This document shows, in pieces, positions 61,352 to 64,000 of a stretch of DNA of 64,000 nucleotides. Within the stretch, counting starts at the first letter, position 1. Every line of letters starts with the position of its first letter. Origin of the DNA: an uncultured delta proteobacterium. Lineage in GTDB: Bacteria; Desulfobacterota; Binatia; UBA9968. Location of the stretch: contig CAVWLW010000064.1 in the NCBI GenBank assembly GCA_963755715.1, positions 96,001 through 160,000 on the forward strand, written 5' to 3'. Under the pieces are notes generated by a model. The model was not told the DNA's origin. It ran no database searches and saw only the letters and a program-made list of their open reading frames with translations. A program made the translations under genes and the position numbers.

Positions 61352-62074
61352 ATGCCCCTGCTGACTGTAAGGAAAGCTACCAAGACCTTCGGCGGCGTCG
61401 CTGCGGTCAAAGATGTCAGTTTGACCGTTGAAGAGGGCGAGATCCTCGGCATCATGGGTCCGAACGGATCGGGAAAAACGACGCTGTTCAATCTCGTCAG
61501 CGGGGTTTTTTATCCGGATAGTGGGGACATTTTCTTTCAGGACGAGCGTACCAATAAACTGCCGCCCCATCAGCTTTGTCATCGCGGCCTGGCGCGAACT
61601 TTTCAGCTTGTGCGTCCATTCCTCGGCCTCACCGCTGAGGAGAATGTTCTCGTCGGTCTCGGCTACGGCAGAGATCGGCTTACGGGATCCAAGGCGCGCG
61701 ACAAGGCCGGCGAACTTTTGACTTCGGTCGGTTTGGCGGGCCGGTCGGATCGTCCCGCGAACACTCTCACGGTGATGGATCGAAAGCGCCTCGAATTGGC
61801 CCGCGCCCTGGCGACGTCGCCGAAACTTTTATTGCTCGACGAATTCATGGCGGGATTGACCCCGACTGAAACCGCGGCGGCGATAAACCTCATTCGACAG
61901 TTGCAGCGCGGCGGTCTGACCGTCGTCCTGGTGGAGCATATCGTCTGGGCGTTGCTCGATATTTCGCATCGCATCGTCGTGCTCAGCGCCGGCGAGAAAA
62001 TCGCCGAAGGCGCGCCGGCAACTGTGGCGAAAGATCCACACGTGATCGAAGTCTATCTCGGGGAAACGATCTGA
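61352..62074 (+). CDS. livG: Branched-chain amino acid ABC ATP-binding protein LivG
   Basis: FGGVAAV, GPNGSGKTT, ARTFQ, LLLDE.MAGL and VIEVYLG motifs. Confidence 0.9.
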   Translation: MPLLTVRKATKTFGGVAAVKDVSLTVEEGEILGIMGPNGSGKTTLFNLVSGVFYPDSGDIFFQDERTNKLPPHQLCHRGLARTFQLVRPFLGLTAEENVLVGLGYGRDRLTGSKARDKAGELLTSVGLAGRSDRPANTLTVMDRKRLELARALATSPKLLLLDEFMAGLTPTETAAAINLIRQLQRGGLTVVLVEHIVWALLDISHRIVVLSAGEKIAEGAPATVAKDPHVIEVYLGETI

Positions 62075-62085
62075 ATGATCCCCAG

Positions 62086-62229
62086 CGTTCAAATGGTTCA
62101 AGTCGTTCAAGCCCCGTCCTTCATCCTCCCCCGCGCCACGGGGGAGGAATGCATGCCCTGGACTGCGTCGAAGAGAGGTGAGGGCTTGAACGGAGCGCAG
62201 CGGTTGAACGTTTTGAACGATTTGAACGG
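62086..62229. repeat. Most complete copy of the GTTCAA/TTGAAC palindromic element
   Basis: GTTCAAATG GTTCAAGTC GTTCAAGCCC ... TCCCCCG/CGGGGA inner hairpin ... GGGCTTGAACGGAGCGCAGCGG TTGAACGTT TTGAACGAT TTGAACGG. Confidence 0.8.
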
Positions 62230-62243
62230 TTAGTAAATAAAGC

Positions 62244-62957
62244 ATGCTCGAAGTAAAAAGTCTTCAAGTTGCCTACGGCCCGCTTCTGGCCCTTTACGGC
62301 GTCGATTTGATGATTCGCCCCGGCGAAATGGTCGCCCTCGTCGGCCCCAACGGCGCTGGCAAATCGACTCTGCTCAAAACCATTTCCGGCCTGCTCGCGC
62401 CGCGCGCCGGCGCGATTCGCTGGCAGGATAAAATAATCACCGCAGCCTCGCCGCAACGGATCGTCGAGCATGGCATCGCCCTCGTCCCGGAAGGCCGGAG
62501 GCTTTTCGCCGCCATGACGGTGCGTGAAAATCTCGAGCTCGGCGCCTTCACTGAGCGCGCACAAAAAGAAAAACGTGCTCAAATGGAGCGCGTCTTCACT
62601 CTCTTCCCGCGTCTTTTCGAGCGCCAGCGCCAAACTGCAGGATTACTTTCCGGCGGCGAGCAGCAGATGCTCGCGCTGGGCCGCGCGCTCATGGGCCTTC
62701 CTCGCCTGCTGCTGCTCGACGAACCGTCCCTTGGCCTAGCGCCGAAAATTGTCGAGTCGATCTTTGCCATCCTCGCCGAGCTGCATCGCGACGGCATGAG
62801 CCTGTTGATCGTCGAGCAAAACGTGCACGCCGTACTGGCGTTGGTCCAACGCGCGTATATTCTCGAAGGCGGCAGAATCGTCGGCGAGGGCGACGGCAAA
62901 AAACTGCTCGAGGACGATCACATCCGCGCCGCTTATCTAGGACCGTTGGCGCGATAA
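62244..62957 (+). CDS. livF: Branched-chain amino acid ABC ATP-binding protein LivF
   Basis: GPNGAGKST, VPEGRRLF, LFPRL.ER..Q.AG.LSGGEQQMLA, DEPSLGLAP and VEQN motifs. Confidence 0.93.
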   Translation: MLEVKSLQVAYGPLLALYGVDLMIRPGEMVALVGPNGAGKSTLLKTISGLLAPRAGAIRWQDKIITAASPQRIVEHGIALVPEGRRLFAAMTVRENLELGAFTERAQKEKRAQMERVFTLFPRLFERQRQTAGLLSGGEQQMLALGRALMGLPRLLLLDEPSLGLAPKIVESIFAILAELHRDGMSLLIVEQNVHAVLALVQRAYILEGGRIVGEGDGKKLLEDDHIRAAYLGPLAR

Positions 62958-63034
62958 GCTACAGCGATGCGATAAGACGGAACAAATATTTACCGGTAGA
63001 GATACCTAACGTTTGTATTGTATGAGCAAGAACT

Positions 63035-63366
63035 TTCTCACCACGAAGCGCACGAAGGACACGAAGGTTTCGGAAATTAGTTATCATAAACTTCGTGGAA
63101 TCTTCGTATCGTACTAGTAGTCTCAAAATCGTGCGTGGACCCGCGCAAATGATTCTGAGGCTTCGCAGAGAATATGTTTTCACCGCCAAGTCTACTGCGA
63201 AGTGCGCCGATAAGGTTATGCGGTGACAAGGACAAAAACTGATTATGAATGAATTGTTCACACCTCGAATCTCCGAAGCTTTGCGCCCTATTGCGTCTTT
63301 GCGGGAGATACTCCGAGTTTCGGTTGCGGCTCTGCCGCGCTGGAAATATTGTCCTTCGTGGTGAAT
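63035..63366. repeat. Composite intergenic repeat / nested MITE-like region
   Basis: CACCACGAAG CGCACGAAG GACACGAAGG at the left end, inverse CCTTCGTGGTG at the right end, and inner CGCCAAG/CTTTGCG units. It splits livF from livH by about 445 bp. Confidence 0.6.
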
Positions 63367-63402
63367 CACTACTTTGCGTTGTTTGCGGCTAAACAATTCT
63401 CG

Positions 63403-64000
63403 ATGATCCTCACCCAACAACTCATTCTCGGTCTCCTCGTTGGCGGCCTCTACGGCTTGGCGGCCGCCGGTCTTTCGCTCACGTTTGGCGTGCTCCGCGT
63501 CTTGAACGTCGCCCACGGCGAGCTGCTCATGCTCGGCGGCTACGGCACCTTTTGGCTATTCACCCTTTGGAAAATCGACCCGTTTGTTTCGCTGCTCGCC
63601 GTCGCCCCGGCCATGTTCGTGCTCGGACTATTGCTCTATTGGGCGCTGTTTCAATTCGTCGTCAAAGCCCACGAAGACACGCGCATCAAAAATTCGCTGC
63701 TCATCGGTTTCGGTCTCACGCTGGTTTTGCACGCCCTTGCCATTCGACTGTGGACCGCGGACGAGCGCGCGGTGACGACTGCCTACGCCGGCGCGGTGCT
63801 GCGGCTCGGCGGTTTGGCAATTCCGTGGTTACGTCTGAGCAGCCTCGTGTTCGCGTTCGGGATTCTAACCGCGCTCCATCTTTTTCTCGCCAAGGCGCGT
63901 TGGGGCCGCGCGATTCGCGCCACCGCCGAAGATTGGGAAGCTGCGGCTCTCATGGGAATCCCGGTGGGAAAAACTTACCTGCTCGCCTTTGCCCTCGGCA
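63403..64000 (+). CDS. livH: Branched-chain amino acid ABC permease LivH (runs off window end)
   Basis: Read by hand: MILTQQLILGLLVGGLYGLAAAGLSLTFGVLRVLNVAHGELLMLGGY...WGRAIRATAED.EAA.LMGI. Confidence 0.9.
   Translation, partial: MILTQQLILGLLVGGLYGLAAAGLSLTFGVLRVLNVAHGELLMLGGYGTFWLFTLWKIDPFVSLLAVAPAMFVLGLLLYWALFQFVVKAHEDTRIKNSLLIGFGLTLVLHALAIRLWTADERAVTTAYAGAVLRLGGLAIPWLRLSSLVFAFGILTALHLFLAKARWGRAIRATAEDWEAAALMGIPVGKTYLLAFALG

Noticed and set aside
62086-62229. Periodic GTTCAA/TTGAAC units as a CRISPR array
   Set aside because: The period is 9 nt with no unique 30-40 nt spacers and no cas genes.
62959-63516. Minus-strand ORF of 185 aa
   Set aside because: It runs through repeat DNA and antisense to livH; its translation reflects repeat periodicity (LRVLRALRG).

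Overview
A 64 kb GC-rich bacterial chromosomal window with about 55 genes, mostly catabolic or redox enzymes and solute-binding proteins (SBPs). The gene content (many orphan NitT/TauT, Bug/TctC and Fe/polyamine-type SBPs, LLM oxidoreductases, amidohydrolases, cupins, VOC proteins, UbiD, Rieske oxygenase) resembles Candidatus Binatia (Binatota); this is an inference. I found no rRNA, tRNA, CRISPR array, phage or intact transposase. The main result is two selenoprotein genes that the ORF track splits at an in-frame TGA. The first is a GrdB-like reductase selenoprotein B (1308-2648, motif T-U-G-T-C) next to a GrdE-like subunit that lacks the pyruvoyl-forming cysteine, with no grdA/C/D nearby. 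The second is a UGSC-family selenoprotein fusion (53703-55364, motif H-U-S-T-C) followed by a thioredoxin reductase with a degenerate NADPH-recognition motif, a Bug protein and a MetE-like Zn enzyme. Both TGAs are followed by SECIS-like hairpins with matching geometry. Other notable loci are an enolase/heme-oxygenase-like diiron enzyme/cupin dioxygenase/UbiD operon, an LLM-TAXI-MFS-LLM cluster, a Geobacter-like short pilin and several families of palindromic intergenic repeats and MITEs. About 14 genes carry single-base frameshifts, most likely long-read assembly errors.
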